64,000 nt of DNA, from positions 123,256,001 to 123,320,000 of the forward strand of contig OX597815.1 of NCBI GenBank assembly GCA_951406725.2, in the 5' to 3' direction. Under the pieces are notes generated by a model. That model did no database searches. It was given only the letters and a program-made list of their open reading frames with translations, and was not told the DNA's origin. This document shows, piece by piece, positions 13,545-27,025 of this stretch. A program made the position numbers and the translations under genes. The stretch comes from Octopus vulgaris (Eukaryota). Position 1 is the first letter of the stretch; each line of letters opens with the position of its first letter.

Positions 13545-14390
13545 TTAGTAGAATTTTGACAATAGACTTTGGTGTTGGTGTGAATTACTGGTTTCAGTTT
13601 GTTGGTCAGCATTTCACTGTAGCCTTCCTGATAACTGGAGACCCCCTTTTCTAGGTAATGTTCCAGTATAGGTTCTTTTGCACCCCGAAAAACAGTTAGC
13701 ATCACTTTTTCTGTGGAAGATTGATTCTTGAATTTCTTTTTTGCTGGTGATTTTGGGTGTTTCCATTTCATACTCCGTTTTTTTGATTTTGACATACCCA
13801 TATTTCATCTTTGACTATTCTCTTCAAAAAAAAAAAAAAGCTTTGCCTTTATCATAGTGGTTGAATATGCATTGACATAATTGTATTTATGTATTCTGGT
13901 TAGCACTCTTAGCACCCATCTGGCACAGACTTTATGGAAGTGAAGTTTGTCATGAATGATTTCATATGCAGAAACGTGACTAATTTGTAGAGAACATGCC
14001 ACTCATTAGTTCACCATAACCATCTCTCAAGCTTGTTGAATCTTCATGTCACACTTGTCTGGCCATTTTTAAACTTCTCATTCCACACATACACACTTCT
14101 ATGCAGTAGAGCAGCTTTATCATATGGAACTGGAAGTCTTCAATGAATTTCAGCCCCTGACACACTTTCAGACCCATGAATTCAAATCACTGATCTCTGT
14201 TCTTTGGTGCACACTACCAGTGGAGTGGTCATGTTTACTCAGTAACATAAGGAAGAAAACTGGAGCGATCAAGGTTAAACCTTTGTTACTTAACCACAAT
14301 CACCTTTTAGCATGTGAGCACTGAAGGCAGTGTGGACAGTTTAAAGAAAATTTTGGCAAAAGTGCAGATTATTTTTGACATTAACGTTAC
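13545..14390 (-). mobile_element. mariner transposase remnant (5' half) with degenerate TIR-like end
   Basis: Fragments EIIHDKLHFHKVCARWV (WVPR motif) and WKHPKSPAKKKFKNQSSTEKVMLTVF...ILEHYLEKG, YSEMLTNKLKP are typical of mariner transposases; frameshifted. Confidence 0.85.
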
Positions 14391-14589
14391 TGTATTATTT
14401 TGAGATGCTCTGTATTTCTTTCAATTACTTTAAATATAACAAAGAATTTAGTACAATAACTTAGTTATCATTCAGCTAGTGTTATCTTATAAATCTTTCC
14501 AAATGTTATACTTTGTCCTGTGGCAAGATAACTAACTCTGTGTGCTTAAAGTTTCACGACTTATCGATGAATTATGTTTGATATTTCAG

Positions 14590-14634
14590 GTATGAAAAAG
14601 AGAGGAAAGAGTGACAGAGATGATTTGTTCTCGG
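14590..14634 (+). CDS. GAPVD1: GAPVD1 small exon (45 nt) GMKKRGKSDRDDLFS
   Basis: tttcag|GT acceptor, TCGG|gtaagt consensus donor; symmetric phase 1-1, open frame. Confidence 0.75.
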
Positions 14635-15352
14635 GTAAGTAACATTATATGGAAAATGCTGATCTCCTATGTATGTCTTATGTCATAATAGTTTAAAAGA
14701 CAAGTAGGGTCATGAGTCTTGTCTAAAGACAAGGCTTGTAACTCTGCTGCTTGCTTTTCAATAATTCTAATTGATGATAAGTGTCAATCCACTTCCATAA
14801 TTTAGTCTTAAGCAAGATAAACAGGTTTAAAGAAATATATATTTCAGTGGAATATCAGTGCAAAAATATATATAAAATATATAAGATGCAGACATGGTTG
14901 TGTCGATAAGATGTTCACTTTGCAACCATGTGGTTTCGGGTTCAGTCCCACTGTACAGCTCCTTGGGCAAGGGTCTTCTACTATAGCTGCATGCTATTTA
15001 TCTTTGCAATTTTCTATAGTTAGATTTTGATATGTAAGATTGTGTCACTAAGATACAATTTTAAATATAGATTAAAGAAAATTATCTGAAAATCATCACC
15101 ATTTTCATATTTGCCTTTCCCATGTATGCATAAGTTGAGTGTGACTTCATGTAACAAAGTTCTTTGGCTGTATACCCTACCTGATGTCAACCCCCTGCTT
15201 GTTTTTAAATAAGGCACTTCATTCCGCTGTCCTTTGCATGTAAAACTGCTGAGCTGCAGGACACAAGCTGATGACAAAAGTGGTGTTAGCAGACAAATTC
15301 ACATATATGCATACATATACTATCTCTCTCTCTCTCTCCTGCTCTCTCTCAC

Positions 15353-15387
<35 letters not shown>

Positions 15388-15605
15388 AAGATGCTGAAGG
15401 TGCTGTGCAGTAGGGCTGAACCTGAAACTATGTGATTGCAAAGCAAACTTGTTAACCACACAGCTCTGTCTGCACCTTATTGTATTGGGCTATTTGTTAA
15501 TTATCTGCAAGTTATAGGTAACTTTTATTGAGTTAGTTTTTATAGGAAATGTTTAATGATCTAACCTTTATTGCAAGGTGTCACTAGTGTCTTTGTCTCT
15601 TTCAG

Positions 15606-15713
15606 AGGAATTTGGTGCTTGTGGTGATGCTTTTGATGGTGGTGGTAATGGCAACTTTGCTGGTGCTTGTGTTGGTAACAATGTTATAGGTAGCAAGAAC
15701 TTTGTCTGTCCAG
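15606..15713 (+). CDS. GAPVD1: Candidate GAPVD1 cassette exon (108 nt) EEFGACGDAFDGGGNGNFAGACVGNNVIGSKNFVCP
   Basis: Polypyrimidine tract ctttgtctctttcag, open frame, CAG|gttagt donor; phase 1-1. A second in-phase donor exists at 15689/15690. Confidence 0.55.
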
Positions 15714-17076
15714 GTTAGTATTTTCTAAGAATGACCAGTGTATTTTGTTATATAGATATTTTAAAATTATCGTGGTGTGGAAAAAGTTGTAGGATATTAG
15801 ATTAAATGCCTTGTGGTGTTTATTTACATCCCATTATATTATGTGTTCAAAATCCCCATGATGTTAACTTTGTCTTTCATCATTTTTGGGTCACTGAAAT
15901 AAGTACCAGTTTTATATTGGAGTTGATTCATGCTATACCTTTCCACTATAAATTTGTGGATTTGTTTGAAATCAGAAACCATTACTATTAAGAATAACAT
16001 TATTATTTACATGGTAAGCTGGCCAACACTTTAGCATGTTGGATAAGATGCTTAATGGCATTTCTACTGTCTTTACATTCTGACCTTAAATATTTTACCT
16101 TTTAATCCTTTTGGTGGGGTCAATAAAATAAGTATCAGCTGAGCACAAGAGTCAATGATGTAATTGATTAACCTGCTCTCTCAAAGTTTCAGGACTTGTG
16201 CTTATAGTAGCTTATAGTAGAAACATTATTATTAAGATGGTGAGCTGGCAGAATTGATAGTGCATTGGAGAGAATGCTTAACATTTCCTCTGGCTTTATG
16301 TTCTTAGCACACCAGACAAAATGGTTAGCAGTGTTTCTTCCAGCATATTGCTCTAAGTTCAAATGTCACTGAGATCAACTTTACCTTTCACCCTTTCAGA
16401 GCCAATAATATAATTACTAGTTCAACACTGGGCTCAATATAATTGACTGGCTCCCACCCACTAAAATTTCAGGCTTTGTGCCTATAGTAGAAATGATTAT
16501 TATTATTTGGCTGTAGTGTCTGAATTGTTAATGTTATAAGATGTTTATTAAGTTATGTTCGTTAGAATTTTATGAAGTGTTCAATATGTTTTGAAGATTT
16601 TTTTTTTTTTGTTGAACTAAATGTGTTGTATTTAATTTCAACCTTCCATGATCAGAGTTGTCATCCTAATGGGATAAACTTGGCTTTTCATCCCTCTGGA
16701 GATCATTCTACCATTCCCTACAAATTTATGGCAATATGTCATTGTATGAAAACATAAGATATTAATACTGAATGAAGTCTTATTTTAATTTTAAATGCCC
16801 TTAGTCAGGCATTAACTCCTTCTGTTACCATACTTCTGAGGAAATGCCCAGCCTTTGTTTCAATTAATTTTGAAAATAATGAAGAATTTAGTAAAATAAC
16901 TTTGTCATTGGTGTTTCAAACCAAATTAACATGAAGTTTTGATGGAAGATATTTAGATCTCTTTAAAACATGAGTCTTGTATCACAGAACCATAGCAAGT
17001 CTTTGGTGGGTTGGTATATAAAGTGTTAAAATTGTACTTATTTTATTTATTTGTGCTTTTTAAATTTTTGTTTTAG

Positions 17077-17512
17077 AAACCGGAGATGAGATCTTAGCTA
17101 AGTATCGTAAAAAACCAAATTTACCATCTTCACAAAGTCTTGATATGACTGATGATAATCAAAAGGATAAACACCCTACAAAAGAAGAACAGATCAATGA
17201 AGTTCCCTACTATGATCCTAATAACCTAGAAAACTGCTTTGCATTTGCTGATGCTAAAAGGAAACTTCGACTTGTGCTCAGTGTTGGTGACTACCAGAAC
17301 TGTTCTATTCGCTATCAAACATGTGGTCGATGGATGCCGAGCAGTCCATGTGATAATGATGGTACACCTGGTAGTGGTGGTCATTGGAAAGAAACTGAAC
17401 TTGTTCATATTTTAAGTGTTCAGTTGGCTGAGGCTATAAATCTTCGTAACAAGGAAATGGTTGCACAACTACATGAAGTAATCCGCTGTATTAAGTTATT
17501 TGATAATGAAGG
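17077..17512 (+). CDS. GAPVD1: GAPVD1 exon (436 nt)
   Basis: ttttag|AA acceptor, GG|gtaagt donor. ETGDEILAKYRKK...FADAKRKLRLVLS...LAEAINLRNKEMVAQLHEVIRCI resembles the conserved GAPVD1/RME-6 pre-VPS9 region. Confidence 0.93.
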
Positions 17513-18834
17513 GTAAGTGTAAACAGTTATTCATTTACTTTATTCCATTTTTGTGTTGCTTTGGTGTTCATTTTTGTGTTCTTTCTCAAAATTTATTTTA
17601 GTTTATTAATTCATGAGTTCTGTTTCTACTCTAGACATAACCCTAACTTTAAATGAGTTTCATTAATTTCCTTCCTTCTGTAAGCACTATTCTTATTTTA
17701 TAGACATAAGGTTAACATTAGAAAGAGCACCCATTTGTATATATATTTGCAACAATGAATTTATTACCTACATATTGCTGGTTATTTTTGATCAGAGGTG
17801 ACCTGGATTCTCAATAATAACTAGACATTCCTTTTTATCTCTACAATATATTTTCAAATCCAACTAAGTTTTATGAAGAACTATATAGACACTTTTAAGT
17901 GAATTTTTTTATATAGTTGAAATATGTTCTTCCTCTTTAACAGATGTAGATATTAAAATAGTTATTAATTGTTGATTTGTTTTGCCTCGTATTAAATCCC
18001 TGACCTTTTGTATCAACACCATTCTTAGGCAATATTATTTTAATTGTAAATTAATTATTAATTTCTGTTAAATAGAGCAAGCTTTCAGAGTGTATATGAT
18101 ATGTTTTATTTGTTTGTTTTCAACTTCGATGTTTATATGTGCAAGTTAGAAAAAGTGGCCACTACAGAAGTAGACATACATATGGTGCCATGACCCATCA
18201 CTTCTCCAAACTATATCTATGGGAAGGATTGACCTTGGCACTGCAAATCATTGAAACATATGACAATTTTACATTGTTCTGCTTACAGCAGTGAACTAAA
18301 TTAGTCTGTGTTATTTAGTGTAGACAGACAGTGCTGGAGACGCAATATAAACTATTGCTGTATTGACACAGTCATTTGCAGCTCTATATGTGATGAGTTG
18401 TAGATGTTCCTTTTGTTACCTTTCTTTGCAATTCTATAGTGCTGATCAATGGAGAGTGATATTCCTGCATGTATGGTTGGACTTGTCAATTAATTTAATT
18501 CATTTGCCATAAATTCTTCTTTAAGTTGAACTTGGTAGTTTAAATTTTTCATTTCATCCATTTGTGTTACTGAAAATTGTAGACTATACTGAAAGTTAAG
18601 ATGGTACGATACTGCTCTCTCTCTCAGTTAAGCACTTCCTCAAGATATCTATTGTATAAGATAAATGAAGCTGTTTGGAATTGAGCATCCTTGTCAGTGG
18701 GGTCATAATAGTACCTAATTATTGGATATAAATTGGTCTAGGATGCATTTTGTTATTTTTGTAAATAATCAAGAACACTAGTATAATATAGTTACATATA
18801 TTACTTTAAATTTTACTTTTATTTATTTGTATAG

Positions 18835-18969
18835 CTGTAAAAAATTATTTAAATCACTTGAAGAAGATTACAAAGGAAGAGCACATTATGTGGCTTACTT
18901 AACACGCTGCAAGCAGGGCCTGTTAACAAGTTTGTATTTCCTCCAAGGACTTTTACAGCGAGCACAAAG
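18835..18969 (+). CDS. GAPVD1: GAPVD1 exon (135 nt)
   Basis: atag|C...AAG|gtgaag; CKKLFKSLEEDYKGRAHYVAYLTRCKQGLL matches the GAPVD1 motif YxAYLTRCxQGL. Confidence 0.93.
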
Positions 18970-20192
18970 GTGAAGTCTGATTTTATGCAACATTAGCTTA
19001 TATATTTTGTACATCATTATATTTACATATTTGTAATCCCAGTATTTGACTGGCACTTACCAGTTCAGTACTGAGATTGATGTAATTGCTTAACCTCTTC
19101 TCCAAATTGCTGGCCTTGTGCCTAAAGTTGGGCTAGCACAGAGTCAATAAAATATAATACTAGGTTAGTACTGGGGGTAATGTAATCAACCAACCACTCC
19201 CTTCAAAGTTGCTGGTCTTGTACCTCTATTTGAAGCAATTAGTAGATGCATACAAAACTGGTGTTTATTTGATTATTTGATGTGATGATTGTGAACAAAT
19301 CTGAATGGTGAGAACCATGAGAGGAACTTCAATCAATCTGAAGGTTCTTTTTATGTGTGATGTATAATAAGATTCACATTATGCACCTTCTTTGAAAGGC
19401 AGTTGGACACTGAGTGCGGAGAAGCATGTCTCATATACACACACACACACACACACACAAAAGGGCTGAAACCAAAAGATATCACAAGGTGGAAATGGGT
19501 TTCAGGTTCAGTTCCACTGCATAGCACTTTGAGCAAGAGCCTCTTTCTATAACTATCAGTCAACCAAGCATTGTTAGTGTACATGGGACGATAACTCTAA
19601 TAAACCCATATATATATATGTGTGTGTGTGTGTGCACTTGTGCAAGAATGCTGCTATTTTGTTTATTACCATTTGAGTGAAGCAGTGATGATGTTGATAT
19701 GACCAATTGCTGCTTTCAAATACATGTGGAGCATAGAAGAAACCCTTACCTGTAAAATATATGAGGTTTGCCTCAAAATCAATTCCTCTCCAAGCCATGT
19801 TAGCATGGAAAAGTATATGTTAAATGAGTGGATTTTATTGATGGAAATTACCATTGTATAACTATATGTTTGTATTTCCTTATCTTGATGTTAAGTAGTA
19901 GTTGTAAACAAGTGTCATCATCATATAAGCAGTGTTGTAAAAACATGTGAGGGTCATTGGAAACAGGCAAGGGCTGCTGACAAGAAGGGCTTCTAGCCAA
20001 AGAAAATCTGTTACTTCAATGAATTTCATCTGACACATGCAAACATGGAAAATAGATGTCACAAGAATTATGAAAAGCATATTGAAATAATTGTGTATGA
20101 AAATGTGTGGGTTAGATAGAGTAAAAAAATGTGAGAGTTCAGATGAAGTAAAGGTAAATGTTTTAATAATTGTTATATGAATTTTTTCACAG

Positions 20193-20316
20193 AGAAAAAG
20201 AAATTTGCAACAATCACCTGAATAATGTGTGTGTACAAAGGTTCATTGAAAGTAAAGACAAACTACTTTCAAATTTTATAGCAGATTTTCAAAAACTTAC
20301 TATGTCAGATGAAAAA
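20193..20316 (+). CDS. GAPVD1: GAPVD1 exon (124 nt)
   Basis: ttcacag|A...AAA|gtaagt; EKEICNNHLNNVCVQRFIESK...FIADFQKLTMSDEK. Confidence 0.93.
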
Positions 20317-22080
20317 GTAAGTAAACTTTTTTTAACTGTTCTTTTAAAGATTTTTTTATTTGTATTTTTCAAGTATTTTTTGTAATCATTATTATCAACA
20401 TTTAATGTCTCTTTGTCCATGCTGTGCAAAGAATTTAGAAACTAAATTCATTTTTATTTTATGTCTCAGTGAAGTTACCACTTAATTTTATTCAGTGCTT
20501 CCACAAATAGATGCTAGCAAAACACAGAACAGTTTGGAGAATGAAAGATCCCTTCCCAGTTATACATAGCTTTAACACAATACTAAGTATTGCACATAAT
20601 GAGGAAAAGGAGGTAAAAATATCTCAGTTGTCTTCTATGTTATATGTCTCTATAAGACATGCTCCTTACCACAGAATAGTTCTGTAGATTTGTATTAAGT
20701 TCTGAGCTGATGGAATGTAACATGATGGTGAGAGCCAGCTATAAGGGTACTAGAGATAAGTCTGTCTACACTAGTACAGACATTGGTTGTGTATGAAGGA
20801 CAACAGTTAAGTAAAGAAGTGCCAAGTGGTCCAAATGGAAGAAATTTACGGAAGAGGAAAACTTGAGAAGTGATGACAGTTGATTTCTGTATGATAAACT
20901 TCACAAAGGAGATGACAACTGCATCATGTGGTGAGACCTTGTTTTGTAGATCTGTCCAACTTATGCAAGCATAGAAAGGCAGGCATGATCATGATTTCTT
21001 GTTTTAGCATAAAAGTCTTTAGAATGATGGAGAGATTAAATCAGAAATATCTGACTTTCATGCCAATTTCACTTAGCACAGAAAGTTAAAACAACTTCCA
21101 CTCTAAATTTAAATTTAAAAGAATGAAAGTGTTAACATTATTTAATCATAAGTTACTTTTGATTAAGGGTGGTGACTTCAAAAGTTGCAGAATGAAAAAT
21201 TGCTAATTTTCTTTTTGTTAAAATACCAAGAAATGTGCCTGTCTGGATATGTATTTTAGAGAATGGGAGCATATATATTAGTTAATGTGTTAATGCAGAG
21301 GTAGGTTAAAGCACCTGAATTGAGAGTTCACTTGGGATGGTCCTTCAACACATCTAATGCACATAGCAAAAAAAAAAAAAAAAAAATTAGTAGTTGTGTA
21401 CATATTCTTTAGATATGGATGTCTTTCCTATTTGCTAACCACTTCATAGCTTGAACTGAGTACATTCTGTCATGCAATTAGCACTAAAGACTGTTCATAG
21501 GACTAAAGTGTCCTGTCTACCATGTATCAGTTTATTATTTCAGATTTACTGTTCCCCTAAATGAGTTGCATTCTCTACAACTTGTCAATTCCACATTTTC
21601 CTTTATTGCCTCTTTTGTTTCCTGTCAGCAACCATTTTATTTTAGGAACTTGGTGCTTTTTATTGAGCAAGTATTATAGTATCTACACTTTTAACAGGCT
21701 TTAAAGTATCAATGAGAAGAGTTAGTAACATGTAGGATTCGACTAAGGTGTCTAACTATATGTAAAAATATAACATTCAATAACATTTCAGGTTATCATC
21801 AAGATAAAAAAACAAAACAAAAAAAATATATAAATTCTATAGTAATTCTAATTCAACAATTGATTTTGTAGAAATGTACTTAGGTTAAAATGTTAAATTT
21901 TAGTGCTTGTTATTAAAAAAATGTGCATGAACACTACAAATTCCCACTTATTGTTTTCCAGAATTTCTGATCCAATTAGAAAATGGTTATTTCTTTAATG
22001 AATTTTGAAGCTTTTTGAATGATGAGATAGTCTGTTTATTTACTTTATTTCTTTAAATTATTTTCTTTTCTGTATTTCAG

Positions 22081-22147
22081 GAAGATTTAGTCGAACGTTT
22101 TTTGAATGGACTTTACCAAAGTATTCAAACAGATGCTCTCTGGCAAG
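22081..22147 (+). CDS. GAPVD1: GAPVD1 exon (67 nt)
   Basis: tttcag|GAA...CAAG|gtatga; EDLVERFLNGLYQSIQTDALWQ. Confidence 0.92.
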
Positions 22148-23853
22148 GTATGAAAGAAATTTGCTATATAACTGGGGAGACTAAGCTTTTAGTTAATGAC
22201 TCACTATTCCAGTATTTTCATCTGCAGACAAAAAGAATAGTGGTTAGTTGTGAACAGTGGTGGCTCATAGATAAAATTAGTTGGGGAGTTGCTTCAGAAA
22301 ATTTTTAGCTATTGTTTTAATATTGTATAAAAGGAAACAAACATATAAAAAGAATATTTATACTTAAACTTGATTGGTTTGCATTTTAGCCCCTCCCTGG
22401 TAGTGTGTTTAATTTGCTAACTGAACACAACTGTGAATTCCCCCATGTTTTTCAAAAATCCCCCCTAAATCACAAAATAAGGGAGGGGTGGGGAATCTGC
22501 CCTATTTTTCAAATCCTGGCAGCAACACTGAAACTGGAAGCAGGATAATAATCTAATTCTACACTTTATCACATTCAAGAATATAAACATGTTTTTGAGC
22601 ACAACATACGTGGAGTCAAAAAGAAACACTACCTTTCACTAGCATTGCATGAACAACAGTGCTCTCTCTTCCTAGCGTGAAGCTGCCTATCTTGGACATG
22701 TGAGCTTGCGCACAACAGCCAAACATTGCATCGCTGGAACTGTGAAGTGCACAGTTCTATACAAGGATTTTTGTATTTTTCGTAAACTAAGGGATGGATA
22801 CTGACATTAAGCTTAAAGATTATATAATATACAAGTATAAAGAAAGAATTAAAGGAAAAAGGACTCATTATATTGAATGTTATTGATAATATCAAGTGGA
22901 AATAGGGGGTGCTACAGTGCCTATACACGAGCCACCACTGGTTGTGAATATGAACCAGTTAAATGTTTTAAGGAATAGATCTAGCCTCATATGGTTTGTT
23001 ATAAATGATTTGCAAGTACACTTTAATTAGAATTCATTATGATGCAATCTTTTTAAATATGGACCTTCTAGTATGCAGTTTATAATTTCTCTAACTTTTG
23101 TAAGACAAGTGAGCTGATTGCTTCATCTGCTGAAAGTCTCAAAAGAAAAAGTGTATGTGGTGGTGGGGGCACATTGATTAATGTATTCATAGATATGCTA
23201 GATCTAAAAAATACAGGATGATCATGGTTGGAATGTCTTGGTCATTGGTCTGCTTGATCAGGATTAGGGCTAAACAAAAACAGATTGGTCTATTAGCCCA
23301 TCATATTTGTACTAGAATGAAAGCTGAACTCTTCAAGAAAACATATACATACATATGCACTGGCACACATATAAGCTTCATCTATTGAGATTCAGTTTAA
23401 TTTTCTTTTAATAGAACTTTTTGTAAATTTTATTCTTTTTTGTAAAATTAGTTCTAACTTTTTTTATCATGGAAACATTGGCAGGTTTCTTCTCTAAATG
23501 CTTAAAATGTGTTTTTAATCCTTAATTAAAAATGGCTCATTTTTATTTTACCTCACCTTCCTTTACAGTCACATAGAGTTTTTAATTCATCTCTATGATT
23601 AGAGATAAACATTGTTGAACAATGCTTAAAAAATATTGTCATCTCCATCATATTTCTGTTACTTTTTTTTTAATCCCTTCTCTCCTGATAGATGATAGGT
23701 CAGCTGTAGCAGAGTTTGAACTCTGAATGTAAAAGAATGTCACCAAATACTGCAAAATACTTTTGTCCGTTGTTCAACTGATTTTGCTAATTTATATTTG
23801 CAATATAAGGTTAAATTTTTGGAATTTTGTTTTAAACAAAATCTATTTTCTAG

Positions 23854-23968
23854 GTTGCAGTGAAAGTCAGTTACAAAGCAGTTGCATTGCTCTGGAGCGC
23901 TATGTTATGGGAAGAATTTATACACATGCCATGTTTCCCAATGGAGATGGAGATATTTTGAGGGATCA
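23854..23968 (+). CDS. GAPVD1: GAPVD1 exon (115 nt)
   Basis: ttctag|GT...CA|gtaagt; CSESQLQSSCIALERYVMGRIYTHAMFPNGDGDILRDQ. Confidence 0.95.
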
Positions 23969-24224
23969 GTAAGTACATATATTCTAATATAAGATACTTT
24001 CACTGTGATATATTTTTATAATGGTTGCATGAAATCACAACTACTACATCTGCATATCAAAAGCAGCAATGACTAAATTCATCTCCCACCATTTCACTTT
24101 TTACCAGCAACATCAAACATCACCAACCATCACACACAAAAAGGAGCTTCTGTTGACCATCCCATAGAACATTAGTGCACAAATAACATGTTGAATCAGA
24201 GATTATTCCTTTACAGGAACAGCA

Positions 24225-24500
24225 CTATGACAACCACCACCACCACTACCACAACTACTAACATCATCAGCAGCATTGTCATTGCTTTCACTTTCACTTC
24301 AACCACATACACCACCATCGTTATCATGACAGTCACTTTCATTACCACAACTAGTATAACCACCATCACACAACTAACACTATCATCAACACCATTATTA
24401 CCACTCCTGTCACCATTATAACCACCGATAATATTTTATCCTCCTCCCATATTTATCTCAACCATCGTCATAATCAACACTGTCTCTGGTTTCACCACAA
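24225..24500 (+). repeat. Degenerate (ACC/ATC/ACA)n trinucleotide low-complexity tract in a GAPVD1 intron
   Basis: Directly visible; produces the poly-Thr ORF 24188-24421. Confidence 0.8.
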
Positions 24501-26284
24501 TCAGTTTCTTTACACATTTGAAAGTCCATTATCCAATACTCATGGAACTGAGATTGTCACAGAGTGCTTTATTAAAAAAAAAAAAATTGCATCTCCAAAA
24601 CGGAACAGTTTGAGGTAGAAACCAGGTCTAAACAGAATAGCTTATAGACATACTCTGGATGTAGTTCTATATAAATCTTTAATAATTTTTTTTAATACTT
24701 ACGACCGTCAGATATCAGCCTCTACCCATGTTGTCATACTTTGATTAAAAGGTTACAGCATAGATTAGATTACTTAGATAATTTTCGGCTGAAGTTGACT
24801 CAGGCCATGTCTAATTTAATAGCACCACCTGAAAGAGATACACAGTCAGCTCTGGGGAACTGTAGCTCATTGAAGCAGAAGGTTATTGTTTTCAGAGACA
24901 CATCTGGGTGTGGGTGGTTTATCTGGTATCGTTTGAATGCCTTGAAGTCACTTTCCTCCTTTATGTGTGTCTGGCACGATGTTGAAGAGAGTAGGGCTAA
25001 TTGAGGTGAAATAGTTCTGTCAGTGTTGTGATACGACGTGAACATTTCTGTAATGGACAGATGGCATGGGGGTCAAGCCTCCGACGAATTTTAAAGATGG
25101 AATATTTTCCACATCATACAGATGATATAGAGCTCACTGTTTACAGATAACTAACAATTGTTGTAGACAAGTTCCATATACAGCATTTATATAAGGTTAA
25201 CATTTATGTGTTTGAAAACAAAACATGTGAATGGTCGTGTTTGTATAAGTTGATTGAATAATTCATGTTGTTTAAATGGTGTTATTAACATGTGTGACTT
25301 AACAGAAAGAGATAATGTCACTTGGTGGTCTGTTCAGTTAAGCATACCTCCTATTGAGACTAATTGAAACCGATTAGAAATACCATTGGAAATAGTAGTG
25401 GTAGGTCACCACATTCTATTATGGTGAGATGAGAGGAGCTAAGCTAGAGAAACAGATTTGACTTCTGTATATATATAACCAACATGGTTGAAATATTTCT
25501 GGTCTTTTGATTGGCTAAAACCAGTGAACTGCCAAAATGTCACCTTCTACATGATGTCCTGAATGAGATTGCTACAGGCTGAAAAAATAGGCAATTGTTG
25601 TTCTTGTTTAGCACTAGGTTGGTTTTGTTTCAGCAGACCTATGATTAAAGGCATTCCAGCTGAAACCACTCCATCTTGTCCTATGTACAGGAAACTTAAG
25701 ACCACTTTATACAAAGTCTTTTTTTTTAAAAGACAGCTGTATAATTTGAGGATGATTTGGTTGCTATTCTAGCAGGTCGATCAACTGTGTAGATGCCCCC
25801 TCCTTCACTGGTTCAGACCAGCTGCATGCTTGTACTGAGCCAAGCAAAGAGCCTCTACATAAATAAGTTGATCAACCTATTTATGTTCACTTCCCATGCT
25901 ATCTCATTCACTTTTGGCTTGGTTTCTACAGCTGTATACCTTTCCTAACACCACCCACTCTATACTACTCCAGCATGGTTCAAATCAGTAAAAGAGTTTA
26001 TTCAGTTAGTCTCCTAATGTCTAAGAAAGTCATTGTTTATAAATATCAATGTTTCTCGTAGCTGTGTATGTGTATACATTCTTGATTATTAAACTCAGTT
26101 TGAATCATATTTTGTAGAAAATTCAACTAAATCTTCACTGGTTCATTGTTAAAACTTAAATGAACTAGTATGCAATAGTCTGCTTATCTCTTTATTTTAG
26201 TTCAATTTTTTTTTCCTTTTTTTTCAATCCTTTTGTGCAAGTATAGTATATTGCATCTTATAATTTTTGTGAATTTTTTTGTAG

Positions 26285-26423
26285 ACTAATTCATGAACAC
26301 ATCAAAAACCTATCTCAAATAATATCTCCGACACATAAAGATTTATGTATCCCAAAGATATATCAGTTTGAGTGTCCTTGGCCAGCAGCTCAAAGAGAAA
26401 TCCATATGATAAATGCATACAAG
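26285..26423 (+). CDS. GAPVD1: GAPVD1 exon (139 nt), start of VPS9 domain
   Basis: ttgtag|A...AAG|gttggt; LIHEHIKNLSQIISPTHKDLCIPKIYQFECPWPAAQREIHMINAYK. Confidence 0.95.
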
Positions 26424-27025
26424 GTTGGTATGAGTATAAATACCTCCATTTATTTGATTTTTGTAGAGTATTATAGTATTTAATATTCATCCTTACTAGA
26501 AAACTAGTACAAGTTAAAAAAATAGCTTATTTCCTCACTGGTTAGTTTTTCATTTCTCTACTTTAATTCATTGTTTCATTCATTTATAAGCATTTTATAA
26601 TATTGTAGTTGTAGTGAATGTAAAATTTTAGTGAATCATTCTTTATGCTGATAGTTGCGAAGTCCAGTGATTCCATTTGAAGTTGAAATAGTCAACTATA
26701 GCAGTATTTTGTACACTCCATCGTGATAAATTTCTTATTTATTGTCTTAAGATTCTATTGAACTGCTATTTTACTTCTTGATTTTTTTAAAGAATTGGTG
26801 TTATAAAAGATGATTCTTGCTTTCAAACTATTTTCATCTATAGATAAGGAAAATTATTAAACACAAAGAAAGTTTATAAACCCATAAAAATTTATTCAAT
26901 TTCATATTTCATACCCACCTTATCTTATCAGTTAATATAACAAATGTTTCTGTGATTTCAATGTGCCTTTTTTTATTTCGCTTTGGTAAATGGTAAAAAA
27001 TATTTTCTGTTTCATTTTCTTTCAG

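Noticed and set aside
24188-24421. Thr-rich mucin-like ORF
   Set aside because: Intronic degenerate trinucleotide repeat; the flanking GAPVD1 exons join in frame without it.
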